Part shown: positions 40,047-49,813 of the stretch, piece by piece
Layout: each line of letters starts with the position of its first letter
How positions within the stretch are numbered: the stretch's first letter is position 1
Assembly: GCA_021793395.1 (NCBI GenBank)
Contig: JAJYSU010000006.1
Coordinates: forward strand, 1,534 to 65,533
DNA: 64,000 nt
Origin: Actinomycetes bacterium
Lineage (GTDB): Bacteria; Actinomycetota; Acidimicrobiia; Acidimicrobiales; RAAP-2
Reading direction: 5' to 3'
Position numbers and translations under genes: made by a program
The notes under the pieces: model-generated
Database searches by the model: none
The model's input: the letters and a program-made list of their open reading frames with translations, nothing else
Told to the model about the DNA's origin: nothing

Positions 40047-41525
40047 CTACGGCGTCGCGGCCGGGGACGCCGCGCGCGACGGCGCAGCGCCCGCCTGGTG
40101 ATTCTCACCCGACACGTCCTCGAGCGACCGCGTGGCGGGCTCGGGCAACACGAAGGTCACCCCCATACCGACCAGGGCGGCGCCGGCCGCGACGAGCAGC
40201 ATCCCGCGCAGACCCACGTGCGTCTGAAGCTGCGGGACGAGGAACACGCCCACGAAAGCGCCGAGCTTGCCGATTCCCGCGGCGATGCCATGACCGGTCG
40301 TGCGCATCTCGACCGGGAAGACCTCGGACGGCAACACGAAGGTCGTCGTGTTCGGCCCGAACTCAGTAAAGAGGTAACTGAAGCCGAAGATGGCGATGAA
40401 GGGAACCACGTCAGCGGTGAGAGCCGGCACGAGGCCCAGCACGAGGAAGCACGCCGCCATCACCGCGAAGCCGATCACCTGAAGCGCCCGGTGACCGATC
40501 GAGTCGATCTTCCAGACCGCGAGCAGGTAGCCGGGCAACGCGAAGACGACGAAGACACCCAGCGTCAGCCACAACTTGGCGACGAGCGACGCGTGAGGTG
40601 CCACCTCGAGCAGGATCCGCGGCAGCGAGATGGTGTTGCCGTAGTAGGCGTAGTCGAAGAGGAACCACGAACCCGCCGTGCCCAGAATAAGCAGCAGCAT
40701 TCGGGGATTGGTGACGAACTGGCGAGGGCTCATGCGGTGGCGGGGGGCCTCGGCGACACTGCCCGCCGCGATCGCGCCCGACGTGAAACGGTGCAGATCG
40801 TGCGCCGCCTGGCTCGCCTGTCCCTTCACGCGAGCGCGAAAGCGCGGCGACTCGGGCATCCGAGCTCGCAGGTAGATCACGCCCGCGGCCGGCAGCGCAC
40901 CCGCGCCGAGCAGCACGCGCCACGTGAGGTCCTGACTGAGACCGCTGGAGAGCAGGAGGAGGCCCATCAAGGGACCCACGATCAGTCCCACGGCCTGCAT
41001 GGAAAAGACCAGGCCCACGAGGCGTCCCCGGTCCGCTCGGTTCGCGTACTCGCTCATCAGCACTGCCGAGACCGGGTAGTCGCCGCCGATGCCGAGACCC
41101 AGAACGAAACGAGCGAGTACGAGCCAGAGGAATCCGGGGGCCAGTGCCGAGCCGAGTGCACCAACGATCATGATCAGGGCGACCGCGGTGTAGATCACCT
41201 TGCGCCCCAGCACGTCGGCGATGCGCCCGAACACGAAGGCACCCAAAAAGGCGCCCAGGATGGCGGATCCGGTGACCCAGCTGGTCTGCGTGGTGGACAG
41301 GTGCCACTGCACGGTGACGATCGCGCCCACGATGCCGATCACGAACAGGTCGTAGGCGTCGGTAAAGAATCCCATGCCCGAGATCAGCACCGCCCGACGG
41401 TGGAACCCGCTGGTGGGTGCCTCGTCGAGTAACTCACTGACCGTGCGCGTCGACGCCGCCAGCCCCGTGGGGGGAATCTCCTGCGCGGGTGCGCCGGTCA
41501 ACTCACTCACCTCGAACTCGGCCAC
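40047..41525 (-). CDS. MFS transporter (phosphate:H+ symporter / sugar-porter-like)
   Basis: GMGFFTDAYDLF, GIGGDYPVSA, FGPNTTTF, AAGIGKLGA. Confidence 0.9.
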   Translation of the reverse strand: MAEFEVSELTGAPAQEIPPTGLAASTRTVSELLDEAPTSGFHRRAVLISGMGFFTDAYDLFVIGIVGAIVTVQWHLSTTQTSWVTGSAILGAFLGAFVFGRIADVLGRKVIYTAVALIMIVGALGSALAPGFLWLVLARFVLGLGIGGDYPVSAVLMSEYANRADRGRLVGLVFSMQAVGLIVGPLMGLLLLSSGLSQDLTWRVLLGAGALPAAGVIYLRARMPESPRFRARVKGQASQAAHDLHRFTSGAIAAGSVAEAPRHRMSPRQFVTNPRMLLLILGTAGSWFLFDYAYYGNTISLPRILLEVAPHASLVAKLWLTLGVFVVFALPGYLLAVWKIDSIGHRALQVIGFAVMAACFLVLGLVPALTADVVPFIAIFGFSYLFTEFGPNTTTFVLPSEVFPVEMRTTGHGIAAGIGKLGAFVGVFLVPQLQTHVGLRGMLLVAAGAALVGMGVTFVLPEPATRSLEDVSGENHQAGAAPSRAASPAATP

Positions 41526-41747
41526 GCGCCACCAACTCCTCGGTCTCGCCCCACGGGTCGAGTGTTCCACGGCGAGGTGATCACGCCCTTACCCCCGGGT
41601 GAACGTACGGTGAACGAACGAAAAAAACTGGGCCCCCGGCCGACGCGACGTCCCCCCGGACCCGACGTACGACGCCCCCGAGGCCCCTCGCTACAATGCG
41701 AACTGGTCCGCGCCGCGCGGTCCGTCGAGCGACGAGAGACCCACCAC

Positions 41748-43469
41748 GTGTCTGGCATCCAACAGTTCAACATTGAGGAGTCCCTGCCCGTACTCACCGA
41801 CCGCGACCTGCGTCGGCGCTGGGCCCAGTTCCACGGCAGCATCCGGATGGTCTCGGGCAACCGGCTCCAGCGCGGCATCGGTCGGCTCCTGGGTGACGAC
41901 ACGTGGCGCTACCGGGCCGCCCGAGTGGTGGGTCGCCCCGTACTTCGGGTGTACCGGTCCGTCACCGGACGCCAGAAGCGAATCGTGCCCACCGACGCCC
42001 GCGTGATCGCACCCGTGGACCCCGACGTCGCCTTCCCCATCAACTACCAACCCCAACCCCTCGCGGCGTTGAAGATCTCCTTCGAGAGCGATCACCGCTT
42101 CGCGTCGGTGCTGGTCGTCGAGCTCGATGATGATGCCCCGAGTTCGAGTATTCCCGACGAGTTGAACCGAGCCCTCGCGTCAACCGACGCCACCTGGCTT
42201 CTCGTCCTCGACTCATCGATCTCGCCCACCGAACGTGTGGCCACCATCCGTCTGCTCCTCGACCACGTCCGCGACGAGGACGACGTCGTCTTCGCCGACG
42301 AAACCGGACCTAACCGGGCGACACCCATCCTGAAGAGCCCGGCGGTCGGCGTGCACACGCTGCTCAGCTACGACGTTGTCGGACGCCCGGCACTCGTGCG
42401 CCTACGTCGCTTACGCGCCGTAGGCGGTTTCGCAACCGGCACGGGGCGAGCCGCGGAACACGACGCCTACCTACGACTGAGCGAAGACGGCGCGACCTTC
42501 CACCACGTCGCGCTCGTCCTTCCCGGCGGCCGGGGCCCCGGTGCCTTCGACCCCACCCAGATCAACGAGCCGACGGCCCGCGTCGTCGAGGCGGCACTCG
42601 CACGGCGGGGCTGGCGGGGTCGCGTCGACGTGGACGACGAGGTCCCCGGTGTCGTGCACTGGCGCCTGGACCCACCCTCGCCGGCGCCGTCGATCGACAT
42701 CGTCATACCCACCCGTGATCGACTCGACCTGGTGCAACGGTGCCTCGAGGCAATCGAAACCACGACCACCTACCCGAACTACGACATCATCATCCTCGAC
42801 AACGACTCCAAGGAGCCCGAGACCCTCGCCTTCTTCGCCACCACGCGCTACCGCGTGGTGGCGTGCCCGGGACCCTTCAACTACGCGCACATCGTCAATC
42901 GCGGCGTCAATCACTCGAGCGCGCAGTACGTGGTCACCCTCAACAACGACACCATCGTGATCACCCCGGACTGGCTCGAACGGCTGCTCGCGCTGTGCGC
43001 CCTGCCCGACGTCGGCATCGTGGGCGGTTGCCTTATCGACCAGGATGGACGCCGCGAGCATGAGAGCATCGTCATCTCGCCGTACCCCCAGCACCTGCGA
43101 ACCGACTCCAACTACCCGCACCGCGACCAGTTCTCGCGCGCCACACGCGACGTGGCCGCCGTCACGGGTGCGGTGCAGATGGTCGCGCGCGAGTTCTGGG
43201 AAGAGTTGGGCGGGATGGACGAGACGCTCAAGGTAGTCATGAACGACGTCGACATCTGTCTGCGAGCCCAAGTACGCGGACGTCACGTCGTCTACACCCC
43301 CGACGTGCAGCTCTACCATCACGTGAGCTCCTCACGCGGCTCCCTGGACCCGCTGGACGACCGCAACCGCTTCATCCGACGCTGGGACATCTTCGGCAGC
43401 TTCCGGGACCCGTACTTCCCCGAGTCACTGCTCCTGCTCGGCGAGACGATGTACTACCGCTACCGGTGA
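41748..43469 (+). CDS. Family 2 glycosyltransferase (two GT2-like domains)
   Basis: IVIPTRDR, FNYAHIVN, LNNDT, AVTGAV, NDVDICLR; start chosen from the upstream TACAAT and GAGAGA, uncertain. Confidence 0.85.
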   Translation: MSGIQQFNIEESLPVLTDRDLRRRWAQFHGSIRMVSGNRLQRGIGRLLGDDTWRYRAARVVGRPVLRVYRSVTGRQKRIVPTDARVIAPVDPDVAFPINYQPQPLAALKISFESDHRFASVLVVELDDDAPSSSIPDELNRALASTDATWLLVLDSSISPTERVATIRLLLDHVRDEDDVVFADETGPNRATPILKSPAVGVHTLLSYDVVGRPALVRLRRLRAVGGFATGTGRAAEHDAYLRLSEDGATFHHVALVLPGGRGPGAFDPTQINEPTARVVEAALARRGWRGRVDVDDEVPGVVHWRLDPPSPAPSIDIVIPTRDRLDLVQRCLEAIETTTTYPNYDIIILDNDSKEPETLAFFATTRYRVVACPGPFNYAHIVNRGVNHSSAQYVVTLNNDTIVITPDWLERLLALCALPDVGIVGGCLIDQDGRREHESIVISPYPQHLRTDSNYPHRDQFSRATRDVAAVTGAVQMVAREFWEELGGMDETLKVVMNDVDICLRAQVRGRHVVYTPDVQLYHHVSSSRGSLDPLDDRNRFIRRWDIFGSFRDPYFPESLLLLGETMYYRYR

Positions 43470-43528
43470 ACTGCCCTCTGTCCCCGCGGCGTCCCGGGCC
43501 CCGTCGAGTCGCCCTGTAGCCTGTTCGA

Positions 43529-45829
43529 GTGCCATTGCTCGGGACTCGCCTACTCGCACGGTACCGACGCCTCCCTCCCTCCCTGATCCCCGTCGCGGTG
43601 ATCATCGTGATGGTGCTGCTGGGTAACTTCATGTACGTCAGCGGACTGGCGAACAACGACCCCATTTCCTGGACCGCGGGCATCTCCCACTCCATCTGCC
43701 GCGTCACCTGCGGACGGCCGATGATCGACCCCAACGTGGGCTTCCTCACCCAGCCCCTCGGACACCTCTCCGCCATGGACCTGCTTCACGGGCACATGCC
43801 CTGGTGGAACCCCTACGAGGGACTCGGCCAGCCCCTCGCCGGCGAGATGCAGGGCGCGGCTCTCTTTCCCCTCACGCTGCTGTTCGCGCTGTCCAGTGGT
43901 CTGGTCTGGTTCCACGTCATCCTCGAGATCATCGCGGGCGTGTGCACCTACTTCCTCGCCCGGCGCCTCTCGATCCCGGTGGTCTTCGCGACCGTCGCCG
44001 GCGCGCTCTTCGCGTTGAACGGCACCTACGCATGGCTGGGCAACGCGGTGCTGAACCCGGTGGCGTTCCTGCCGATGCTGCTGCTCGGAGTCGAAATGAT
44101 CTTCGAGTCCGCGCGAGAGCGGCGTCGTGGCGGCTGGTACCTGGCGGCGCTGGCCCTCGCCCTGTCGATCTACGCCGGCTTTCCGGAAGTCGCCTACCTC
44201 GACGGCCTGCTGGCGGCCGCGTGGGCCGTGGTGCGCTGGTTCTCCCTCGAGAGGGAGCCGCGCCTCGTCGCGGCGCGACGTCTCGGACTGGCCGCCGTCG
44301 TGGGCGCGGTACTGTCGCTGCCGATCGTCATCCCCTTTCTCGACTTCTTGAAGGTCGCCGACGTCGGCAAACACATCGCGGCCAGCGACGGGACCGCCTT
44401 CCTGTCGCCCCAGGCCGGGCCGATGCTGCTCAACCCGTACATCTACGGCACGCTCCTGTCGAACCACAACGCCGTCGACGGCTGGGGCGGCATCGGGGGC
44501 TACTTCTCGGTGAGCGTGGCCGCCCTGGCACTGCTCGGTCTCTTCGGAGCGCGTCACCGGGCACTGCGTATCGTCCTGGGCGCCTGGGTGGGCGTCGGCC
44601 TGCTCGGGGCGTTCAATCTCCTACGGGTGCGCGAAGCCTGGAACATCCTGCCGCGCATGGACACCGTCGCACTGTCGCGCTACATCTTTCCCAGCGCGGA
44701 GATGGCACTCGTCATCCTGGCGGCCCTGGGTCTCATGGACTTCGCCGAGAGCGTCCGGGCTCGTCGACTCTACTGGCTCACCACCGTGGTGGCGCTGGCG
44801 CTGCTGACCTGGGGGACGCTGGACGCCGCCGCGCTCAACAACGGCGTGATCCTGACGAGCAAGGCGCGCATTATCTTCATGGGACTGCACGCGCTCCCCT
44901 TCATCGCCGTCGCCCTCCTGCTGATCCTGGGGATCTTCGCCCGCTGGCGCTACACCGCCGTGCTGATCGCCCTGGTCCTGGTTGGTGAGGCGCTGCTCTT
45001 GTTCTTCGTGCCCACCGCCGAGGCTCCCAAGCAGATCACGGTGGACCAGGCTCCCATCACCTTCCTGCGAACCCACCAGGGCGAGCAGCGCTACCTAGAC
45101 TTCGCGGTGCTCTACCCCAACTGGGGATCGCAGTACGACGTCTACTCGCTGAGCGCGATCGACCTGCCCTTCCCCAACGAGTTCGCCAACCTCCTCGCGA
45201 CAACCCTGTACCCCTCTCTCAACCCCACCAACCAGTTCGTCGTCCAGGGCGGCATGACCGGCATCGTCACCCAGGAGAAGGATCTCGTCGCCCACTTCGC
45301 GGCCTTCGAGGCGGCGTCGGTCAAGTACCTGCTGATCCCGAGCAAGGTGGTCATCCTGCCGGCTCTGACCTCCCTCGGCGTGACTCGCGTCTACCACGAC
45401 TCGCTCGCCACGATCTACCAGATGCCCCACCCGCGACCATTCTTCACGACCGCGGCCCCCTGCCAGATCACCAGCACGACGGTCAACGCCGCCACCGTCT
45501 CGTGCACCCGCGCGACCACGCTGACGCGCACCGAGCTCGCCATGACCGGCTGGCACGCCACCGTCGACGGGCGCGCGGTGCCAATCACCACCGTCTCCCA
45601 CGCCTACCAGAGCATCTCGCTCCCGGCGGGACGCTCCGACGTCGCCTTCACTTTCCTGCCGCCCCACGAGACGCTCGCCCTCACCGCCGGCGCCGTGGCC
45701 CTTCTCTTCCTCCTCGGTGCCTGGGTCACCGATCGCCGACGTCCGACCACGGCGCCGCGCCACGCTCGTCCGCCGTGGCGATTCGCCCGACGTGCCCGAA
45801 CACACACCTGGCGCGACGAGTCCCCGTGA
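43529..45829 (+). CDS. YfhO-like multi-pass membrane protein (GT-C fold candidate)
   Basis: PWWNPYEGLGQPLAG, many TM segments, C-terminal MTGWHATVDG extracellular domain. Confidence 0.75.
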   Translation: MPLLGTRLLARYRRLPPSLIPVAVIIVMVLLGNFMYVSGLANNDPISWTAGISHSICRVTCGRPMIDPNVGFLTQPLGHLSAMDLLHGHMPWWNPYEGLGQPLAGEMQGAALFPLTLLFALSSGLVWFHVILEIIAGVCTYFLARRLSIPVVFATVAGALFALNGTYAWLGNAVLNPVAFLPMLLLGVEMIFESARERRRGGWYLAALALALSIYAGFPEVAYLDGLLAAAWAVVRWFSLEREPRLVAARRLGLAAVVGAVLSLPIVIPFLDFLKVADVGKHIAASDGTAFLSPQAGPMLLNPYIYGTLLSNHNAVDGWGGIGGYFSVSVAALALLGLFGARHRALRIVLGAWVGVGLLGAFNLLRVREAWNILPRMDTVALSRYIFPSAEMALVILAALGLMDFAESVRARRLYWLTTVVALALLTWGTLDAAALNNGVILTSKARIIFMGLHALPFIAVALLLILGIFARWRYTAVLIALVLVGEALLLFFVPTAEAPKQITVDQAPITFLRTHQGEQRYLDFAVLYPNWGSQYDVYSLSAIDLPFPNEFANLLATTLYPSLNPTNQFVVQGGMTGIVTQEKDLVAHFAAFEAASVKYLLIPSKVVILPALTSLGVTRVYHDSLATIYQMPHPRPFFTTAAPCQITSTTVNAATVSCTRATTLTRTELAMTGWHATVDGRAVPITTVSHAYQSISLPAGRSDVAFTFLPPHETLALTAGAVALLFLLGAWVTDRRRPTTAPRHARPPWRFARRARTHTWRDESP

Positions 45830-46608
45830 GCGACCGCGTCGCCGGCATCGACCTCTCGGCGGTCCTCTCGCGAGAGGAGTCCGAGCGTCGAGTCGTGCTG
45901 GCCCAGCGCCGCCTCGAACACCTGCGCCTCGCGACGGCGGGCCTCGTGAACTCTCCCGAACGGGGGCCGGGCCTGCTCGTGCTCTTCGAGGGCTTCGACG
46001 CCGCGGGCAAGGGCGGCGCCATTCGCCGACTGACCCAGGGGCTCGACCCGCGCCACGTGCGAGTGGTGCCCATCGCGGCGCCCACCGAGGACGAGGCTCG
46101 CCACCACTTCCTGTGGCGCTTCCAGCCGGCGATCCCGGGCCGCGGCGAGATGACGGTCTACGACCGGTCCTGGTACGGACGTCTGCTCGTCGAGCGCGTT
46201 GAGGGGGCCATCGACCGCGCGACGGCCCAGACGTCGGCCAAAGAGATCGTCAACCTCGAGCACGCGCTCGTCGACGACGGGGTGACCATCGTCAAGTTCT
46301 GGCTGCACATCTCCGACGAGCAGCAGCTACGCCGCTTCACCGAACGAGCCAACGACCCGCTGAAGCAGTGGAAGCTCACCCCCGACGACTGGCGCAATCG
46401 GATGAAGCGCGACGCTTACCTCGACGCCCTGCGCGATCTGCTCGCGTGGACCGACCGCCCCCACGCCCACTGGGATCTCATCGCGGGAGAGAACAAACAC
46501 TACGCGCGCGTGGCGGTTCTCGAGACCCTCATCGAGCGCTGGACCCACGACCTCGCGCGACGGGGATTCCCGGTTCCGCCCTCGCGCGGTAACGACTACC
46601 TTCTCTAG
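45826..46608 (+). CDS. ppk2: Polyphosphate kinase 2 family
   Basis: FEGFDAAGKGG, YDRSWYGR, KFWLHIS, WKLTPDDW; GTGA overlap with the upstream gene. Confidence 0.92.
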   Translation: MSDRVAGIDLSAVLSREESERRVVLAQRRLEHLRLATAGLVNSPERGPGLLVLFEGFDAAGKGGAIRRLTQGLDPRHVRVVPIAAPTEDEARHHFLWRFQPAIPGRGEMTVYDRSWYGRLLVERVEGAIDRATAQTSAKEIVNLEHALVDDGVTIVKFWLHISDEQQLRRFTERANDPLKQWKLTPDDWRNRMKRDAYLDALRDLLAWTDRPHAHWDLIAGENKHYARVAVLETLIERWTHDLARRGFPVPPSRGNDYLL

Positions 46609-46664
46609 CTCGCGTCGCGGCGTCCTCACCCGTCGTCGGGCGGACGAGACACTACTGTCGACAC

Positions 46665-47633
46665 GTGAGCCCCTCGAGCACGTCCCCGCGCTACGCCATC
46701 ACCATTCCCTTCGACGGGGTCACCCTCGCCGAGCACCACGACTGGTTCACGCGCCTGGCCGACCTCGGCTACAGCGACGTCTGGTCCTCAGAGGTGGACG
46801 GCGTCGACGGCTTCACTCCCCTCGCGCTGGCGGCCGCCTGGGAGGCACGACTGCGCGTCGGCGTCGCGGTCACTCCGAGCTTCACGCGCGGCCCAGCCCT
46901 GCTCGCCATGAGCGTGGCGGCCATGGCCGAAGCGGCCGGCGATCGCTTTCTCATGGGGCTGGGCGCCTCCAGCCAGCCCGTCGTGGAGCGCTGGAACTCG
47001 ATCGCCTACGACCGTCCCTACGCGCACACCCGCGACATGCTTCGATTCCTGCGTCGCGCGTTGAACAACGAGAAGATCGACGAGGCCTTCGAGACCTTCG
47101 AGGTGCACGGCTTCCGACTCAGCCGTCCCGTCGCGGTACGTCCACCGTTACTGCTCGGCGCACTGCGGCCACGAATGCTGCGTCTCGCGGGACGCGAAGC
47201 CGACGGCGTCATACTCAACTGGCTCGCGGCGAGCGACGTCGCTCGCTGTCGCGAGGAGATCGGTGCCCCAATCACCGTCGCGGCTCGACTCTTCGTCATC
47301 CCCACCCGCGACGCCGACACCGCGCGCGCGATCGGACGGCGCATGATCTCGTCCTACCTCACGGTGAACGCCTACGCCGAGTTCCACCGCTGGCTCGGAC
47401 GTAGTGAGATGCTCCAACCCGTGTGGGACCTCTGGGCCGCCGGTGACCGGGCGGGAGCCACGCGGGCAGTCTCCGACAATCTGGTCGACCAGCTGATCAT
47501 CCACGGCTCGTTTGACGCCTGCCGTGAGCACGTCGCACGCTACGTGGCGGCCGGTGTTGACGTACCCATCCTCGCGGTGATCCCCGCGGGCGTCGAACTC
47601 GAGGACGCGGTCACGGGCCTGGCCCCTCGCTGA
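46665..47633 (+). CDS. LLM-class (probably F420-dependent) oxidoreductase
   Basis: VWSSEV, FTRGPALLA, MGLGASS, GALRPRMLRLAGREADG. Confidence 0.82.
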   Translation: MSPSSTSPRYAITIPFDGVTLAEHHDWFTRLADLGYSDVWSSEVDGVDGFTPLALAAAWEARLRVGVAVTPSFTRGPALLAMSVAAMAEAAGDRFLMGLGASSQPVVERWNSIAYDRPYAHTRDMLRFLRRALNNEKIDEAFETFEVHGFRLSRPVAVRPPLLLGALRPRMLRLAGREADGVILNWLAASDVARCREEIGAPITVAARLFVIPTRDADTARAIGRRMISSYLTVNAYAEFHRWLGRSEMLQPVWDLWAAGDRAGATRAVSDNLVDQLIIHGSFDACREHVARYVAAGVDVPILAVIPAGVELEDAVTGLAPR

Positions 47634-47682
47634 GGTTAGGTCTCGGGCGACTTCCTACACTGGTAGGGAACAAGGAGAAACG

Positions 47683-48234
47683 GTGCCCTCAGCGACGTCC
47701 CCATCCCCCCCACCACCCGCGACGGAGCGCGAACCCGTGCGCATCGGCGTCGTCGACACCATGTTCGCGCGCTACGACATGGGGGCCGCCGCACGCGACG
47801 AGCTAGCCCAGTGTCCCGGTTACGACGACACCTTCCGCGTGGTGGCGACGACCGTGCCCGGTTTCAAGGATCTCGCGGTAGCCGCCAAGATCCTTATCGA
47901 GCGCGAGCACTGCGCGATCGTGGTCGCGCTAGGGATGCCGGGCAGCGCGCCCATCGACAAGCAGTGCGCCCACGAGGCCTCCCAGGGCATCATGATGGCC
48001 CAACTACTGACCTCGACACCGATACTGGAGGTCTTCGTCCACGAGGACGAGGCGGACGACCCCGAGGTTCTCGCGCGAGTCTTCGAGAACCGCTCACGGC
48101 GTCACGCGCGCAACGCGTACTGGATGCTCTTTGAGCCCGAGCAGCTACGCTCTCGCGCGGGCCAGGGAGTGCGTCAGGGCTTCGCCGACGCCGGTCCGCT
48201 CACCCCGTCGGGCGGAGTCGACACTATTAGGTAG
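47683..48234 (+). CDS. ribC: Archaeal-type riboflavin synthase (lumazine-synthase paralog)
   Basis: IGVVDTMFAR, TVPGFKDL, ALGMPG, CAHEAS, EVFVHEDE, RAGQGVRQGFADAGP match the archaeal RibC motif set from memory. Confidence 0.88.
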   Translation: MPSATSPSPPPPATEREPVRIGVVDTMFARYDMGAAARDELAQCPGYDDTFRVVATTVPGFKDLAVAAKILIEREHCAIVVALGMPGSAPIDKQCAHEASQGIMMAQLLTSTPILEVFVHEDEADDPEVLARVFENRSRRHARNAYWMLFEPEQLRSRAGQGVRQGFADAGPLTPSGGVDTIR

Positions 48235-48273
48235 GCTCTCTCATTACCCTGCGGTAACCACGAGGAGGAACCC

Positions 48274-49482
48274 ATGCCCGAAGCCGTCATTGTCGCCACC
48301 GGTCGTACCCCCATTGGACGAGCCTTCAAGGGGTCGTTGGTGGATCTGCGCCCCGACGACCTGACCGCGCACGTCGTGCGCGCGGTCCTGGACAAGGTGC
48401 CCGCCCTCGATCCACACAGCGTCGAGGACCTCATCGTCGGGTGCGGCGAGCCCGCCGGCGAGGCCGGCTTCAACGTGGCGCGCGTCGCCGCGGTGTTGGC
48501 CGGTCTCGACGACGTACCCGGCGTCACCGTCAACCGCTACTGTTCCTCGTCGTTGCAGGCAATTCGCATGGCGACCCACGCGATTCGCGCCGGCGAGGGC
48601 GACGTCTTCATCGCCGCGGGCGTCGAGGCGGTGTCACGCTACGGCGCGGGCACGTCGGACAATCCCAAGGCCGTGAACCCGCGCTTCGACGAGGCGCTGG
48701 CCCGCACCGCCGAACGCAGCGCGCGCGTGACGACACCGTGGGAGCCGTCGCCGGGCCTGCCCGACGTCTACATCGCGATGGGCCAGACCGCCGAGAACGT
48801 CGCCGAGTTCGAGGGAGTCTCGCGACGCGAGATGGATGAGTTCGCGCTACGCAGCCAAGAGCTCGCGGTCGCGAGCCAGCACAACGGCTTCTTCGAGCGG
48901 GAGATCATCCCGGTCGTACGTCCCGACGGCACGGTCGTGAGCGTCGACGACGGTCCCCGTCCCGACACCACCCTGGAAAAGTTGTCCTCACTGGCGCCGG
49001 TCTTCCGCGAGGGCGGCACGGTCACGGCCGGCAATGCCTGCCCCCTCAACGACGGCGCCGCCGCGGTGATCGTCATGAGCGACACCCGCGCGCGCGAGCT
49101 CGGCCTCACGCCGCTGGCGCGAATCGTCGCGAGCGGCGTCAGCGCGCTCAATCCCGAGATCATGGGACTGGGTCCCGTCGAGGCCTCGCGTCAGGCGCTG
49201 CGCCGCGCCGGTATGACCATCGACGACATCGACCTCGTCGAGATCAACGAGGCGTTCGCGGCCCAGGTCATTCCCAGCGCCAAGCACCTGGGCATCAGCT
49301 GGGACAAACTCAACGTGAACGGCGGCGCGATCGCCCTCGGCCACCCCTTTGGCATGACCGGCGCGCGTATCATGACGACCCTGCTCAACGGACTCGAGGA
49401 CCGCGGGGGGCGCTTCGGACTGGAGACCATGTGCATCGGTGGCGGTCAGGGCATGGCGATGATCGTGGAGCGCCTCTCCTAG
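48274..49482 (+). CDS. Acetyl-CoA acyltransferase (thiolase)
   Basis: TVNRYCSSSL, TAGNACPLNDGA, EINEAFA, GGAIALGHP, MCIGGGQG. Confidence 0.95.
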   Translation: MPEAVIVATGRTPIGRAFKGSLVDLRPDDLTAHVVRAVLDKVPALDPHSVEDLIVGCGEPAGEAGFNVARVAAVLAGLDDVPGVTVNRYCSSSLQAIRMATHAIRAGEGDVFIAAGVEAVSRYGAGTSDNPKAVNPRFDEALARTAERSARVTTPWEPSPGLPDVYIAMGQTAENVAEFEGVSRREMDEFALRSQELAVASQHNGFFEREIIPVVRPDGTVVSVDDGPRPDTTLEKLSSLAPVFREGGTVTAGNACPLNDGAAAVIVMSDTRARELGLTPLARIVASGVSALNPEIMGLGPVEASRQALRRAGMTIDDIDLVEINEAFAAQVIPSAKHLGISWDKLNVNGGAIALGHPFGMTGARIMTTLLNGLEDRGGRFGLETMCIGGGQGMAMIVERLS

Positions 49483-49495
49483 ACGTCGCGAGGGC

Positions 49496-49527
49496 ACGGC
49501 ACCCGACGAACGTTCGTCGGGTGCCGT
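49496..49527. terminator. Perfect 32-bp palindrome downstream of the thiolase
   Basis: ACGGCACCCGACGAAC|GTTCGTCGGGTGCCGT. Confidence 0.6.
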
Positions 49528-49551
49528 CTCGTCGGCGTGAGATCGCGACAC

Positions 49552-49581
49552 GTTGCCCGTGACAGCGCTGTCACGGGCAAC
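49552..49581. terminator. Perfect 30-bp palindrome downstream of the Trm112-like gene
   Basis: GTTGCCCGTGACAGC|GCTGTCACGGGCAAC. Confidence 0.6.
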
Positions 49582-49585
49582 TCCT

Positions 49586-49813
49586 CTAGCGCGAACCGGT
49601 CGGTCGTCCTGAGGGATCGTGTACCAGGGCCTCGTGCTCATCGTCATCCACCGAGCGCGCCTCGTCGGCGAGAAGCACCGCGATTCCGTCGCGCACGGGG
49701 TAGGCGACGCGCCGACGAGCGTTGTAGAGGAGATCGTTCGACTCCACGTAGAGCAACTCGCCGTAATCGACGGGGTCGACCAACAGGCCCACTAGGAAGT
49801 TGTCCAGCGTCAT
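49586..49813 (-). CDS. Trm112-family small protein
   Basis: AYPVRDGIAVLLADEAR; directly downstream of the phosphomannomutase gene, as in other Actinobacteria. Confidence 0.8.
   Translation of the reverse strand: MTLDNFLVGLLVDPVDYGELLYVESNDLLYNARRRVAYPVRDGIAVLLADEARSVDDDEHEALVHDPSGRPTGSR

Noticed and set aside
40008-41432. 474-aa plus-strand ORF
   Set aside because: Antisense shadow of the MFS transporter.
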